From contig JBAZJU010000001.1 of assembly GCA_041651155.1 (NCBI GenBank), positions 27,932 through 91,931 of the forward strand: a DNA stretch of 64,000 bases, given 5' to 3'. Below, one piece after another: positions 41,716-51,772 of the stretch. The notes beneath the pieces are model-generated. The model saw nothing but the letters and a program-made list of their open reading frames with translations, did no database searches and was not told the DNA's origin. Both the position numbers and the translations under genes were made by a program. Position 1 is the first letter of the stretch. Each line of letters starts with the position of its first letter. This stretch comes from Patescibacteria group bacterium (GTDB taxonomy: Bacteria > Patescibacteriota > Patescibacteriia > CAIXNZ01).

Positions 41716-42016
41716 GAAATTTTTAATATTAAATTTTTAATTTTTAATCAATTAATAAATGACTAAATTTTTAATTAAATTTCAATTTCTAAATTCTAAA
41801 TACTGTTTCAGAGTTTGAAATTTGCAAACTGAATTATTGTTATTTATTTGGGATTTGGTATTTGTGGATTTAATTGAAAATGACAAATGACAAAACTCAA
41901 AAGACAAAATAAATATAAAGTTCAAATAATAAAATTTTGTTATTTAAATTTTGGGCTTTGAAATTTTTTTGTCTTTTGTCTTTATAATTTTGTCATTCTT
42001 TACAAAATACGTGCTG

Positions 42017-42045
42017 TTGACATAAAAGTTTTTACCAGGTATAAT
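42017..42045 (+). promoter_or_regulatory. consensus sigma70 promoter TTGACA-17 nt-TATAAT upstream of nusA
   Basis: Perfect -35 and -10 hexamers with optimal spacing. Confidence 0.5.
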
Positions 42046-42207
42046 ACAATCAAGCTAGTTTAATGTATTTTAAACTAGTTATTTTAATAAGTGGTAAGAG
42101 GAAATAGGTAATACGTAATAGGTAGCAAGGTATTGGTGAATATTAAAATTTATTTTTTTCCTTTCCGTATTACATATTTCTTATATCTAATATCTAATTT
42201 CAAGCAT

Positions 42208-43572
42208 ATGGATTTACAATCAATACAACAGGCAGTAAAGCAGATTGCCTCTGAAAAAGGCCTGTCAGAGGCAGCAATAATGGAAACTATTAATTCAGCC
42301 TTGGCCGCGGCTTATCGCAAGGATTTTGGCCAGAAAAACCAGAATATTATTTTTGAGTTTGATGTTAAAAGCGGCAAAATGAGGGTTTATGATAAAAAAA
42401 TCGTGGTTGATTTTCCTGCAGAATTTATTAAAAAAATAGATGAAAACGGCCGTGATAAAAAGTATGTGGAGGAGCTTGAGGAAGGCGCTGTTTTACCAGA
42501 AGGCCAGGAACCTCTGAAATTCAATCCCAAAAATGAAGTTTTGCTGGAAGATGCCAAAAAAATTAATAAAAAAATAAAAGTTGGTGAAGAATTAATTGTG
42601 GACCTGGAAATTCCAGCTGATTTTGGCCGCATGGCTGCGCAAACAGCCAAACAGGTGATTATCCAAAAAATCAGGGAATCTGAAAGAGAAACAATTTTTA
42701 ATGAATATAAGCAGAAAGAAGGTCAGTTAATAACAGGCACGATTCAAAGAAGGGAAATGGCCGGACTTTTAATTGATTTGGGCAAGATTACCGCTTTGAT
42801 GCCATTTGAAGAACAAGTCAGAAATGAGCGTTATGTTCCCGGGGAAAGAATGAAATTTTATATTGCCAGGGTGGAAATGACAATAAAAGGCCCTGAAATT
42901 ATAGTTTCCCGTTCAAGCTCAGAATTAATCAAAAAATTATTTGAATCAGAAATACCAGAAATTAATGCAGGCTCAATTGAGGTGATGTCTATTGCCCGCG
43001 AAGCAGGCTTTCGTTCAAAAGTGGCTGTCAAAAGCAATCAGGAAAATATAGATCCGATTGGTTCATGCGTTGGCCAGCGTGGCGCCAGAATTCAGACTAT
43101 TATCAATGAGCTGGGCGGTGAAAAAATTGATATTATTGAATGGAATGAGGAACCTCATAAATTTATCAGCAATGCCTTATCACCGGCTAAAGTCGTAAGC
43201 TTGGATATTTCTGAAAAAGATAAAACAGCTTCAGTCACTGTTCGTGAGGATCAGCTTTCTTTAGCAATCGGCAGGGAGGGCCAAAATGTTAGGCTGGCTG
43301 CCAAATTAACCGGCTGGAAAATAAATATTGTCAAAGAAACCCCAAGCGGTGAAAAAGAAGAAGTCGTGGCTGTTGATGGGGCTGGCACGCCTGTTCTGGA
43401 ACCTGAAAAAACAGAGGAATCAAAAGACGCTAAAAAAGATGAAAAGAAAAAAGCCAAAAAGGCTGCCAAGGAAAAAAAGGTGAAAAAATCAGAAACTAAG
43501 AAAAAATCTCCCAAAGCCGAGCCAGAAGAAACAAAATCTGAAGAAGCAAAAGAGCAACAAAAAGAGGATTAA
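42208..43572 (+). CDS. nusA: transcription termination/antitermination factor NusA with Lys-rich C-terminal tail
   Basis: Start placed at ATG 42208 (MDLQSIQQAVKQIASEKGLSEAAIMETINSALAAAYRKDFG). S1 and KH regions (GSCVGQRGARIQTI) are present. Confidence 0.85.
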   Translation: MDLQSIQQAVKQIASEKGLSEAAIMETINSALAAAYRKDFGQKNQNIIFEFDVKSGKMRVYDKKIVVDFPAEFIKKIDENGRDKKYVEELEEGAVLPEGQEPLKFNPKNEVLLEDAKKINKKIKVGEELIVDLEIPADFGRMAAQTAKQVIIQKIRESERETIFNEYKQKEGQLITGTIQRREMAGLLIDLGKITALMPFEEQVRNERYVPGERMKFYIARVEMTIKGPEIIVSRSSSELIKKLFESEIPEINAGSIEVMSIAREAGFRSKVAVKSNQENIDPIGSCVGQRGARIQTIINELGGEKIDIIEWNEEPHKFISNALSPAKVVSLDISEKDKTASVTVREDQLSLAIGREGQNVRLAAKLTGWKINIVKETPSGEKEEVVAVDGAGTPVLEPEKTEESKDAKKDEKKKAKKAAKEKKVKKSETKKKSPKAEPEETKSEEAKEQQKED

Positions 43573-43619
43573 GAATTTCAGATTTTTGCTTTCAGATTTC
43601 ATAATTCATAATTTATCAA

Positions 43620-44375
43620 ATGTCTTATCTAATCTACGTTTACAACTTAATTTTTTATCAGCCGCTTTTTAATGGCTTGATTTGGCTTTATAATGTTTTG
43701 CCTGGCCATGACATTGGCATAGCGATTTTAGTTTTGACTGTGGCAATCCGCGTAATCCTTTTCCCGCTTTATTACCAGTCAATCAAATCGCAAAAAGCTT
43801 TACAGGATATTCAGCCCAAAGTTGATGCTTTGAAAAAACAGTATGCCAATGATAAGGAAAAAATGGCGCAGGAAATGATGAATTTGTATAAGCAAGATAA
43901 AGTCAATCCTTTTTCATCATGCCTGCCGCTCTTGATTCAATTTCCATTTTTAATTGCTGTTTATCAGGTCTTTAGACAAGGCTTAAGCTCGCAGGGTTTT
44001 GAAATGCTTTATTCTTTTGTGGCTCAGCCAGATAAAATCAACCCCATATTTTTGGGCTTTGTTAATTTAGCTGTTCCTAGTTTGGCGCTGGCAGTCTTGG
44101 CTGGCGCGGCTCAATTCTGGCAAACAAAAATGCTGATGGCCAAAAAGCCGCCTTTAGTAAATCAGAAAGAAATAAAAGGTTCAGGAGATGAAAAAACTTT
44201 GGCTGTGATGAATAAGCAAATGCTGTATTTTATGCCGATTTTTACTGTCATTATTGGCGCCAGTTTGCCGGCTGGATTAACATTGTATTGGTTTACCACG
44301 ACATTGCTCATGGCCTTGCAGCAGCTGTGGATGTTTGGACGACATAAGAAAACTGAAACACCTGCCTCCGTTTAA
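43620..44375 (+). CDS. yidC: membrane protein insertase YidC (short form)
   Basis: 251 aa. YQSIKSQKALQDIQPKVDALKKQY...MMNLYKQDKVNPFSSCLP is the conserved YidC/Oxa1 core. Confidence 0.8.
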   Translation: MSYLIYVYNLIFYQPLFNGLIWLYNVLPGHDIGIAILVLTVAIRVILFPLYYQSIKSQKALQDIQPKVDALKKQYANDKEKMAQEMMNLYKQDKVNPFSSCLPLLIQFPFLIAVYQVFRQGLSSQGFEMLYSFVAQPDKINPIFLGFVNLAVPSLALAVLAGAAQFWQTKMLMAKKPPLVNQKEIKGSGDEKTLAVMNKQMLYFMPIFTVIIGASLPAGLTLYWFTTTLLMALQQLWMFGRHKKTETPASV

Positions 44376-44386
44376 AACTTCGGTCT

Positions 44387-44440
44387 TCACCGACTGAAGT
44401 CGGTTTCGACCGACGAAGGTCGGCAGGCAGGCTAAAATAA
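44387..44440 (+). repeat. cluster of three overlapping hairpins ending in GGCAGGCAGG
   Basis: CTTCGGTC..GACTGAAG, then GTCGG-tttcg-ACCGAC, then CCGAC-gaag-GTCGG. The tail GGCAGGCAG also ends the tRNA-leader hairpins. Confidence 0.4.
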
Positions 44441-44539
44441 TTCACAAAAACACACGAAAACTTGACGATTTTTTGAGTAGGGGAAGTATAGGAAATTAAT
44501 TTTTGTATATTTGTATTTAATTTGTAGTTTTGTAGTGCT

Positions 44540-44860
44540 ATGCTTATTAACCAAAAGCAATTAAAGAAGATCAGAGTAGAAACGCAAAGCGGGCAGTTTT
44601 TGGGTTATGTTTCAGATTTTGAATTGGAAACAGAGACTGGCATAATTGAAAAATATCTGGTCAGAAGCAACAATTTGATGTCAGGACTTTTTGAAGGCAA
44701 ATTAATTATTCATAAAAGGCAGATTATAAATTTTGATGATGAAAAAATGGTTGTAGAAGATGCGGCGCTGAAAGAAAAAATCGGGCACAAAGCTTTTGAA
44801 AAAGTAGAAAATGTAGAAGGAATTGAACCGGTAATTTCTAGCGAAATTAATAACCAATGA
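44540..44860 (+). CDS. PRC-barrel domain protein (YlmC/YmxH-like), putative
   Basis: 106 aa. Pattern QLKKIRVETQSGQFLGYVSDFELETETGIIEKYLV. Confidence 0.4.
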   Translation: MLINQKQLKKIRVETQSGQFLGYVSDFELETETGIIEKYLVRSNNLMSGLFEGKLIIHKRQIINFDDEKMVVEDAALKEKIGHKAFEKVENVEGIEPVISSEINNQ

Positions 44861-44934
44861 ATAAAAGTTCCAAATAACAAATAAATTATAAATTCTAAAT
44901 CCAAATAATTAAAAATTGTTTTAAGATTTGATTA

Positions 44935-45951
44935 TTGGGATTTATTTGGAGCTTGGAATTTGAAGTTTGTGATTTTCCAGATATGTTTAACCTAAACTAC
45001 TTAGAACTCTTTATACTAAACACAATTATCTATTTTGATCTTTTTGATTACCCCTTAACTTTAAATGAAATTTATACTCATCTTTTTACAGGCGGCATGG
45101 TCGGCAGTAATTATTCTTTAACTGAAATTGCCAGTGAATTAAAAACAAATCCTAAGCTTAATAAAATAATAGCCACTGAACGTGGTTTTTATTTTTTGCA
45201 AAATCGGCAGAAAATAATTCAAACGCGTTTAGGGCGTTATGTCTTGGCAGAAAAAAAATGGAAAATTGCGCTATGGGCCGGCCGAATTTTTAAATACCTG
45301 CCCTTTGTAAAATTAATTGCGGTCTGCAACAGCCTGGCCTATAACAATGCCAAAATTTCCAGTGATATTGATTTTTTTATAGTGACAGCAAAAAATAGAA
45401 TCTGGCAGACTCGTTTATTTTTAATTTTTACCATTGCTGTGCTGGGTTTGCGGCCGCCAAAAAATAAACAGCCTGATAAAATTTGCCTGAGCTTTTATTT
45501 GGCTGAAGATGATTTGGATTTAACAAAAATAAAAATCGCGTCCGAAGATATTTATCTGGTATTTTGGCTGGCTACTTTGCTGCCTATATATATGAGAGAT
45601 GAAATGTATGACCAGTTAATTGCGGCTAATCCTTGGCTTAATAAATATCTGCCCAACTGGCAGCCGGTTAAACCAAGCCTCAGGCGCAGAATTGAAGATA
45701 ATAAATTTAGTAAGTTTGTTTATCAGGCCAGAGAATTTATCTTGCAAAGCTGGCTGGGAGATTGGCTGGAAAATCTGGCAAGGCAACTGCAAATCAAGCA
45801 TATGTCGCAAAAGAAAAAGGATTTAGCTGTTTTGGGTGATAAACGGGTAATTATTTCAGATACGATTTTAAAATTTCATGAAAACGACCGGCGGGCGGAA
45901 TATCAGGAAAAATTTGAGAAAAAGAGGGAAGAATTATTAAAAAATATATAA
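44935..45951 (+). CDS. hypothetical protein with nucleotidyltransferase-like GS...DxD motif
   Basis: AVCNSLAYNNAKISSDIDFFIV. Remainder unassigned. Confidence 0.35.
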   Translation: MGFIWSLEFEVCDFPDMFNLNYLELFILNTIIYFDLFDYPLTLNEIYTHLFTGGMVGSNYSLTEIASELKTNPKLNKIIATERGFYFLQNRQKIIQTRLGRYVLAEKKWKIALWAGRIFKYLPFVKLIAVCNSLAYNNAKISSDIDFFIVTAKNRIWQTRLFLIFTIAVLGLRPPKNKQPDKICLSFYLAEDDLDLTKIKIASEDIYLVFWLATLLPIYMRDEMYDQLIAANPWLNKYLPNWQPVKPSLRRRIEDNKFSKFVYQAREFILQSWLGDWLENLARQLQIKHMSQKKKDLAVLGDKRVIISDTILKFHENDRRAEYQEKFEKKREELLKNI

Positions 45952-46021
45952 AATAAAAAAGCCGGCTCATCCATTTGGACAAGCCGGTTTTGAATTTTTA
46001 TTTGTTGTTCAATTATTTCGG

Positions 46022-46621
46022 TCAATAATCCGGCCCTTGGAGTTCAGGGCAAGGATACTTCCATGCTGATTGGTGTTTTATGTGGTCATTGAGGCTTTCG
46101 AGACAATTGTGATTGGGATCAACGCCGCTTGTTTCCTGGCTTATCGCTTGAGCCCCGTTTTCATCGCTTAGGTGCAAGGCAAGGCTACTGACCTTTGCAT
46201 TGCAGACAGGGTCTGGGTTGAGTTGGCCATCTTTGCCAATGTAGAAAGAACCGTAAGGAAATTGGTTGGGCTGAATTCCACCCAGACAAAAGCTGTTGAT
46301 CAACTCTTTCCCGATATGCATTCCTTCAATACTCACCTGACCATCCAGAACATAACCTATGGTATAGGTCTCATTCTTATTGCGCAAGTAGTATCTCACG
46401 AGTTTGCCGTCGGTCGCTTTGACATAACTCATTCTTGACTCGTACGGTGATGCAATCCCCGAGGTAGTCAATGAGCCATAAAGGCCGATGGTATGCTCCC
46501 CGCCGGGAAGTTCAATGGAGAACCTTATGAGCCTGTACTGGGTTATCAGAATCAAGATGATCGCCACTAGTGGAATGCTAATTAATAACCGCCACTTTAA
46601 CGCTGTTATATCTACTAACAT
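46022..46621 (-). CDS. membrane-anchored extracytoplasmic protein, hypothetical
   Basis: 199 aa. N-terminal TM segment. GC content above the local average. Confidence 0.4.
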   Translation of the reverse strand: MLVDITALKWRLLISIPLVAIILILITQYRLIRFSIELPGGEHTIGLYGSLTTSGIASPYESRMSYVKATDGKLVRYYLRNKNETYTIGYVLDGQVSIEGMHIGKELINSFCLGGIQPNQFPYGSFYIGKDGQLNPDPVCNAKVSSLALHLSDENGAQAISQETSGVDPNHNCLESLNDHIKHQSAWKYPCPELQGPDY

Positions 46622-46758
46622 TTCCTTCCTCCTTAAATTTTGAAAGAATTAATCGCTAAATTAGCGATTTTGAGACCATCTAGGTCATTTGATAGTTTAG
46701 CATTTTTAAAGGTGTTTGTCAAGAGTGTGGGATTTTCTTGTTTTGGTATAATTAACTT

Positions 46759-48150
46759 ATGCCCAAATTCGCCAAAACAATTGAATATCTTTTTTACCTT
46801 TTTATTTTTTCTTTACCCTGGCAAACCAGGTGGATTTGGCATTATGGCAGTTTAAATGGGGGGCAAAGCGAATATCTGACTTTTAGTTTGTATGCTACGG
46901 AAATTCTGCTTTGGCTGATTTTGTTTTTGACAATAATTTACAAAATTAAAATTAAGGATGAGGAAGCCGGGATTTTAAATTATAAAATTCTGGATTTTTA
47001 TATTTTATTTGGCTTGTTAGTAATTGTATCGGGCTTATCAATAATTTGGGCTCAAGATAAACAAGTGGCATTTTATTATTTAATAAAAATGCTGGAAGGC
47101 TTGGCGCTGCTGATTTTTATTATTAATTTTAAGCTTAGTTTTAAAAAAGTTGGCTTAGCAATTGTCGCCTCTGGTTTTGTCCAGGGAGTTTTAGCAATCT
47201 CCCAATTTGTATCTCAAAAAGTTTGGGTTAGCAAATGGCTGGGCATGGCTGAACAGCTGACGCAAACACTCGGGACTTCAGTAGTTGAAGCAAATGGAAC
47301 AAGATGGTTGCGCGCGTATGGTTCTTTTGCCCATCCTAATATCTTGGCTGGTTGTTTAGTTGTCAGTTGTTTGTTTTTAGTTGTCTTATTAATCTTGTCC
47401 AAACACAAATGGGAAAAAGTTTTTTTGTGGATTTGCTGGCCAATAATCTTGGCTGGTTTATTTTTTACTTTTTCCAAAAGCGCATTTTTAGCCTTGGGAA
47501 TTGGCTTTCTGTTTTTAAGCATATTTATTTTTTTAAGTTATGAAAATAAAGCTAAAATTATTTTGAGCCAGTTAATTGGCAGCGGATTTTTGGTTTTGGC
47601 TGTTTTGACTTTATTTTACAGCCAGTCGGTTTTTACGCGTATAAATGGGGAGGAGAGGCTGGAACAAAAATCAATGACTGAACGCACTCTTTATTTTGAA
47701 CAAGCCAAAGATTTAATTCAGGCCAATTGGCTTAAAGGCGTTGGCTTGGGCAATTATACTTTAGCTTTATTTAATTATTTGCCAGCCAAACAGCCTGTCT
47801 GGTTTTATCAGCCTGTACATAATGTTTATGTTTTGGCAGCGGTTGAGCTGGGCATTTTAGGTTTTATAATTTTTGTGTTGATCATTATTAATATTTTAAG
47901 AAAAATTTGGGATTTTAAAATTGATTATAATCTGAAATTGCTGGCTATTTTTCGGAATTTTAAATCTAAGGAAATATATCATCACTATAAAAATCATTTT
48001 TTCTGGTTTTTGGGTCTTACAGGAGTTTTGATCGCGATTTTAATTTTAATGGCCTTTGATCATTTTTTTTGGACAATGTGGTTTGGGATTGCGTTGTGGT
48101 GGATGTGTTTGGGGTTGTGGTTGAAGGGGACACAAATTAACACGAATTGA
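46759..48150 (+). CDS. O-antigen ligase / Wzy-family polytopic membrane protein
   Basis: At least 10 TM helices. FTFSKSAFLALGIGFLFL resembles the O-antigen ligase domain. Confidence 0.5.
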   Translation: MPKFAKTIEYLFYLFIFSLPWQTRWIWHYGSLNGGQSEYLTFSLYATEILLWLILFLTIIYKIKIKDEEAGILNYKILDFYILFGLLVIVSGLSIIWAQDKQVAFYYLIKMLEGLALLIFIINFKLSFKKVGLAIVASGFVQGVLAISQFVSQKVWVSKWLGMAEQLTQTLGTSVVEANGTRWLRAYGSFAHPNILAGCLVVSCLFLVVLLILSKHKWEKVFLWICWPIILAGLFFTFSKSAFLALGIGFLFLSIFIFLSYENKAKIILSQLIGSGFLVLAVLTLFYSQSVFTRINGEERLEQKSMTERTLYFEQAKDLIQANWLKGVGLGNYTLALFNYLPAKQPVWFYQPVHNVYVLAAVELGILGFIIFVLIIINILRKIWDFKIDYNLKLLAIFRNFKSKEIYHHYKNHFFWFLGLTGVLIAILILMAFDHFFWTMWFGIALWWMCLGLWLKGTQINTN

Positions 48151-48226
48151 AAACGAATTTAGGAAAATAAAAAACCCGCCGTTGCTTCTTTTGAAGTTCC
48201 GGCGGGTGATTTGTTGAAGCAGTTAA

Positions 48227-48583
48227 TTAACTGCCAGCATACTTGAAGTTGATTCCCCAAGCGTGTTTAGCGACGGTGACGTTGCCGTCAACCATTAATG
48301 TGCTCTGGTTGGTGAAATCCGGCAGCCAATGGTTGGTGTTTGGAAGATGAACTGCAAATTCACAGCCCGGAGTCATGTCTTTTTTGTTGATTTTGATTGT
48401 CCCCTGGCCTACGCCCATCATTTCCCATTCACTGGTTTTGCAGTCGCCATAAAGTACCCATTGATCATGTTTGTCCAGATTTATCTGGATCGTCTCGGTG
48501 GACTTTTTGTGGGCGAAGAAAAACAAGCCAGAAAGAGTCGTTACCGAAATGACAATAGCGAACACTAACACGATTTTTTTCAT
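48227..48583 (-). CDS. cassette ORF 1: small secreted protein, hypothetical
   Basis: 118 aa. N-terminal signal or TM segment. Confidence 0.45.
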   Translation of the reverse strand: MKKIVLVFAIVISVTTLSGLFFFAHKKSTETIQINLDKHDQWVLYGDCKTSEWEMMGVGQGTIKINKKDMTPGCEFAVHLPNTNHWLPDFTNQSTLMVDGNVTVAKHAWGINFKYAGS

Positions 48584-48736
48584 TCTTTTTCCTCCTAGAA
48601 AAATTTTTACTTTTTCAAAAGGGCAAAGCCCTTTACTATCCTCGTCTCAAGATGAAATATTTTAATATTACATCCTGGGATGAGGCGGGCGATCTTTTTA
48701 GACCGCCCGCGGTTTTGTTTGAATTAAGAATACAGA
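48584..48736 (-). repeat. conserved intergenic cassette module, copy 1
   Basis: Shares the hairpins GGGCAAAGCCC and CGTCTCAAGACG, plus the GC-rich hairpin GCGGGCGGTC..GATCGCCCGC, with four other copies. Module ends in the RBS AGGAGGA. Confidence 0.55.
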
Positions 48737-49498
48737 TTACTCGTTATCACCTGTTAACGCCGATCTGTATTCTATCAGAGGACAGACCTTTTCTTTCTTG
48801 GCATGAATAAATTCCGTAACCAAGTCGATTGTTTTGCTGTCTTTCCCCTGAAATAATCCGGTTATAATCACGGCTACGTACTGGATAAAGATCCAGCTAA
48901 TAATCAATAGCACTGTGGCAAAAAAGAAGTCCACTATGCCCTCATAGTAGAACCCAAAGTTTGCTATCTTTTGATTGTAGCTATGAAGGAAAGCCAGGCT
49001 CGTGATTATCACCGCTGGTATTATTGAAAATGCCAGTACTTTATTTTCGGTGCCCGAGTCTAATCCCTCGATAGTCCTTAGGTAGTATTTGTAGGTAAGG
49101 CGGAACCCTAAGAATGTTACAATCGCGAGGGTTACCGATAGAAGAAAGATCCAATTGAAATTTTTGTCCTTTTCTTCTTGTCCCGGCTGATACCACTCCC
49201 GCTCATCAGGCGTTTTTAACCGCCAGTGAGTATTTTCAACCAGATTTCCCTCAGTAGAATGATTGTAGCTTTTTTCTGCCACGAAGTATTTGTCAACGAT
49301 TTTGGGTTGAATTACTTCCTGGTTAAGCAAATAGCCAGCGCCAATCACCATAAAAATTGTTGCGATTAGAGCGGGAATCACTGCCAAGCCAAGCAGAACG
49401 TTTCTGACTAAAGTCCAGACGTATGAACATAGGTCAGTTGGTTTCTCCCTCGTCAACTTTACTATTCTGTAATGCCACGATTTTTCAGAAATTCTCAT
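48737..49498 (-). CDS. cassette ORF 2: polytopic membrane protein, hypothetical
   Basis: 253 aa. 5-6 TM helices. Confidence 0.45.
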   Translation of the reverse strand: MRISEKSWHYRIVKLTREKPTDLCSYVWTLVRNVLLGLAVIPALIATIFMVIGAGYLLNQEVIQPKIVDKYFVAEKSYNHSTEGNLVENTHWRLKTPDEREWYQPGQEEKDKNFNWIFLLSVTLAIVTFLGFRLTYKYYLRTIEGLDSGTENKVLAFSIIPAVIITSLAFLHSYNQKIANFGFYYEGIVDFFFATVLLIISWIFIQYVAVIITGLFQGKDSKTIDLVTEFIHAKKEKVCPLIEYRSALTGDNE

Positions 49499-49648
49499 TC
49501 TTTCCTCCTTGGAAATTTTTGTATTTACTTTTCAAAAAGGGCAAAGCCCTTTACTATCCTCGTCTCAAGACGAAATAATTTACTCGAAACTATTCCGTCC
49601 TGGGATGAGTGGGGCGATCTTTGCAGACCGCCCATAAGCTGGTTTTGT
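49499..49648 (-). repeat. conserved intergenic cassette module, copy 2
   Basis: Near-identical to copy 5 (51621-51772). Confidence 0.55.
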
Positions 49649-50227
49649 TCAGAAGTAGTAGGAGAATTTTCCGTTTTCGTTCGTGAAACCGACGGTTTTC
49701 TTGAGCAGTTTACAGCTTCCTGCGCCGTCGCAGAATTCGAGAGAATAGGGAGTGGCTATCAGGTAGCTGTATATGGGCAACTGGGGTTCGATAAGGTGCT
49801 CATTTAACCAGTAGGCCGTGGGTAAGCCAATTACAATTTCTATCGGTGGGGTATAGATTTTAAAAACCCCACCACTAAGCCTGTATGCTTCGAGATCAAG
49901 CGTCGTCTGGGTATTCCCCTTTGGATCTTTTCGGTAAAAGACGAAGAAAGCTTTGGCGGGTTGGCTGTTTGTTTCCGTGATTTCCAGGTTGCTCAGATCG
50001 TAGATCCTGTCGCTTACCTGCATCAGTTCTTTCACGACCCAATCGTTGCTTTCCTGTCTGGCCTGTTTTGCCTTGTTGAGCTGCCAGTTATAGCCGAGAT
50101 AGAGGCCGAAGGGAATGACAATCAGCGTTAAAATCAAATTGATTATAACGATTAGGCACCCACAGCCTCTTTTTTCTACGACCACGATTCTTTCCTTTTC
50201 TACCTCTTCAATTTCTTTTTCTTCCAT
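49649..50227 (-). CDS. cassette ORF 3: single-TM extracytoplasmic protein, hypothetical
   Basis: Start moved to ATG at 50225-50227 (MEEKEIEEV), which is preceded by AAAAAGGAAAA. Track ORF is 49649..50320. Confidence 0.4.
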   Translation of the reverse strand: MEEKEIEEVEKERIVVVEKRGCGCLIVIINLILTLIVIPFGLYLGYNWQLNKAKQARQESNDWVVKELMQVSDRIYDLSNLEITETNSQPAKAFFVFYRKDPKGNTQTTLDLEAYRLSGGVFKIYTPPIEIVIGLPTAYWLNEHLIEPQLPIYSYLIATPYSLEFCDGAGSCKLLKKTVGFTNENGKFSYYF

Positions 50228-50373
50228 TTGTACATTTTCCTTTTTCGTTTCTGAATTTTTGAAAGAGCAAAGCTCTTTTATTTTCCTCATCTCAAGACAA
50301 AATAATCTACACGAGACCATCCTGTCCTGAGATGAGGGGGGATCGGAAGATCCCCTGTATGAATTTGCCGATG
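50228..50373 (-). repeat. conserved intergenic cassette module, copy 3
   Basis: Variant with AGAGCAAAGCTCT hairpin and GGGGGGATCG..GATCCCCT hairpin. Confidence 0.5.
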
Positions 50374-50826
50374 CTATTCGTTCGGCTCGAGGTTTTGATT
50401 GTACTTTTCAATCAGGTTGATGATCTCTGTGATTGTATCATCATCTTCACCCGATGTAATTGGGTAAGGCCCTGATTTAGAATCTTCTCCCGGGTCATCG
50501 TCTTCATATCTGACCCTTCCCGAAACGAAAACAATTTTGTCGTTTTCATTTTTGATTCTTACGGAGTAAAAACTCCGCATTTCAAAGTTGCCCTGTCTGG
50601 TATGGTTAAGGTGATATTGGGAAAGTTTTTTATCTTCAGAATCTCCCTCCTCAATTTCCCAACCAGTAAAAACTTGGACTTCTCGGTTTCCGATTTTTTC
50701 TACGACGTGTCTTTTCCGATGTTTTAGTACACCATCATGGCCTTCGTTGCATTGGGAAAGAGGGATTTCTCTCCCGCATCTTTTGCATCGGCCAAATGGT
50801 ACGATTTCAGTTTTATAGATTTCCAT
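50374..50826 (-). CDS. cassette ORF 4: acidic cytoplasmic protein with Cys4-type motif, hypothetical
   Basis: 150 aa. Contains PFGRCKRCGREIPLSQC. Paralog of ORF 5. Confidence 0.45.
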   Translation of the reverse strand: MEIYKTEIVPFGRCKRCGREIPLSQCNEGHDGVLKHRKRHVVEKIGNREVQVFTGWEIEEGDSEDKKLSQYHLNHTRQGNFEMRSFYSVRIKNENDKIVFVSGRVRYEDDDPGEDSKSGPYPITSGEDDDTITEIINLIEKYNQNLEPNE

Positions 50827-51029
50827 CTTTCCTCCTTTGAAATTTTTTTAAAGAGCATAGCTCTTTTTCTATCCTCGTCTCAAGACGAAATGATCTACTA
50901 GAGACCATCCCGTCCTGAGATGAGGGGGGATCGTTGGATCCCCTATGTCGCGGGCGATCTTCGTTAAGACCGCCCGCGAGCTTTGTCAGCGATTGCTACA
51001 CATCGCAAAGGGTTTCTTAATTTAAAACC
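50827..51029 (-). repeat. conserved intergenic cassette module, copy 4
   Basis: Carries both the GGGGGGATCG-type hairpin and the GCGGGCGATC..GACCGCCCGC hairpin. Confidence 0.5.
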
Positions 51030-51620
51030 TTAAGAGTTGCGATATTTTTGAATGAACCCAAGAATCTTCGTGATGATTTTTTCACTTTCCTGTGGATGTA
51101 GAGGTAATGGGCCTGGATCAGACCGAAGCTCGATAAATTCTTCTTCCTCGTCATCAGCATCTTCACATTCATATGTGCCTGAAACGAAGATAATATCGTT
51201 ATTAACCTTTTTTACAGTGATGTAGAAGGTTTCAACTCGAAGATTTTTCACATCACAATTATGGATAATACGATATTCGGAAAGGCTTTTATCTTCAGCT
51301 TCAACATGGATATCAGAAGCATCTGATTGCATGACGCCAGCAACTAGCATCTTGAAAAGCGTGGCCAGGGTTTTTTCTTCAGAATTTACTTCCTCAATAT
51401 CCCACGTTAAGGTCGTTTCACGTTCACCTTCGATCGGCCTAACAATACATAGGTTTGATAATGTAACCATCCCCCAGGGAATAGCATGATTATGGTACAT
51501 TTGCATCCGCGGTGACTCACTTTCCAGATCTGGCCACTCTTCGCACACTGAAAGTGGAATTTCACCACACTCCTCACAGCATCCATAGGGCTCTAATATT
51601 TGTTCATGAATCCTCAACAT
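51030..51620 (-). CDS. cassette ORF 5: acidic cytoplasmic protein with Cys4-type motif, paralog of ORF 4
   Basis: 196 aa. PYGCCEECGEIPLSVC; IIFVSGTYECEDADD aligns with IVFVSGRVRYEDDD of ORF 4. Confidence 0.45.
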   Translation of the reverse strand: MLRIHEQILEPYGCCEECGEIPLSVCEEWPDLESESPRMQMYHNHAIPWGMVTLSNLCIVRPIEGERETTLTWDIEEVNSEEKTLATLFKMLVAGVMQSDASDIHVEAEDKSLSEYRIIHNCDVKNLRVETFYITVKKVNNDIIFVSGTYECEDADDEEEEFIELRSDPGPLPLHPQESEKIITKILGFIQKYRNS

Positions 51621-51772
51621 ATTTCCTCCTAGAAAATTTTTCGTATTTAATTTTCAAAAAGGGCAAAGCCCTTTACTATCCTCGTCTCAAGACGAAATAA
51701 TTTACTCGAAACTATTCCGTCCTGGGATGAGTGGGGCGATCTTTGCAGACCGCCCGCGGGGTTGTTTGTGTA
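51621..51772 (-). repeat. conserved intergenic cassette module, copy 5
   Basis: Near-identical to copy 2. Confidence 0.55.

Noticed and set aside
48584-51772. Classic integron attC sites
   Set aside because: Could not find the R''/R' core sites (RYYYAAC ... GTTRRRY) flanking the hairpins, and no intI gene lies in the window. Kept only as a cassette-like hypothesis.
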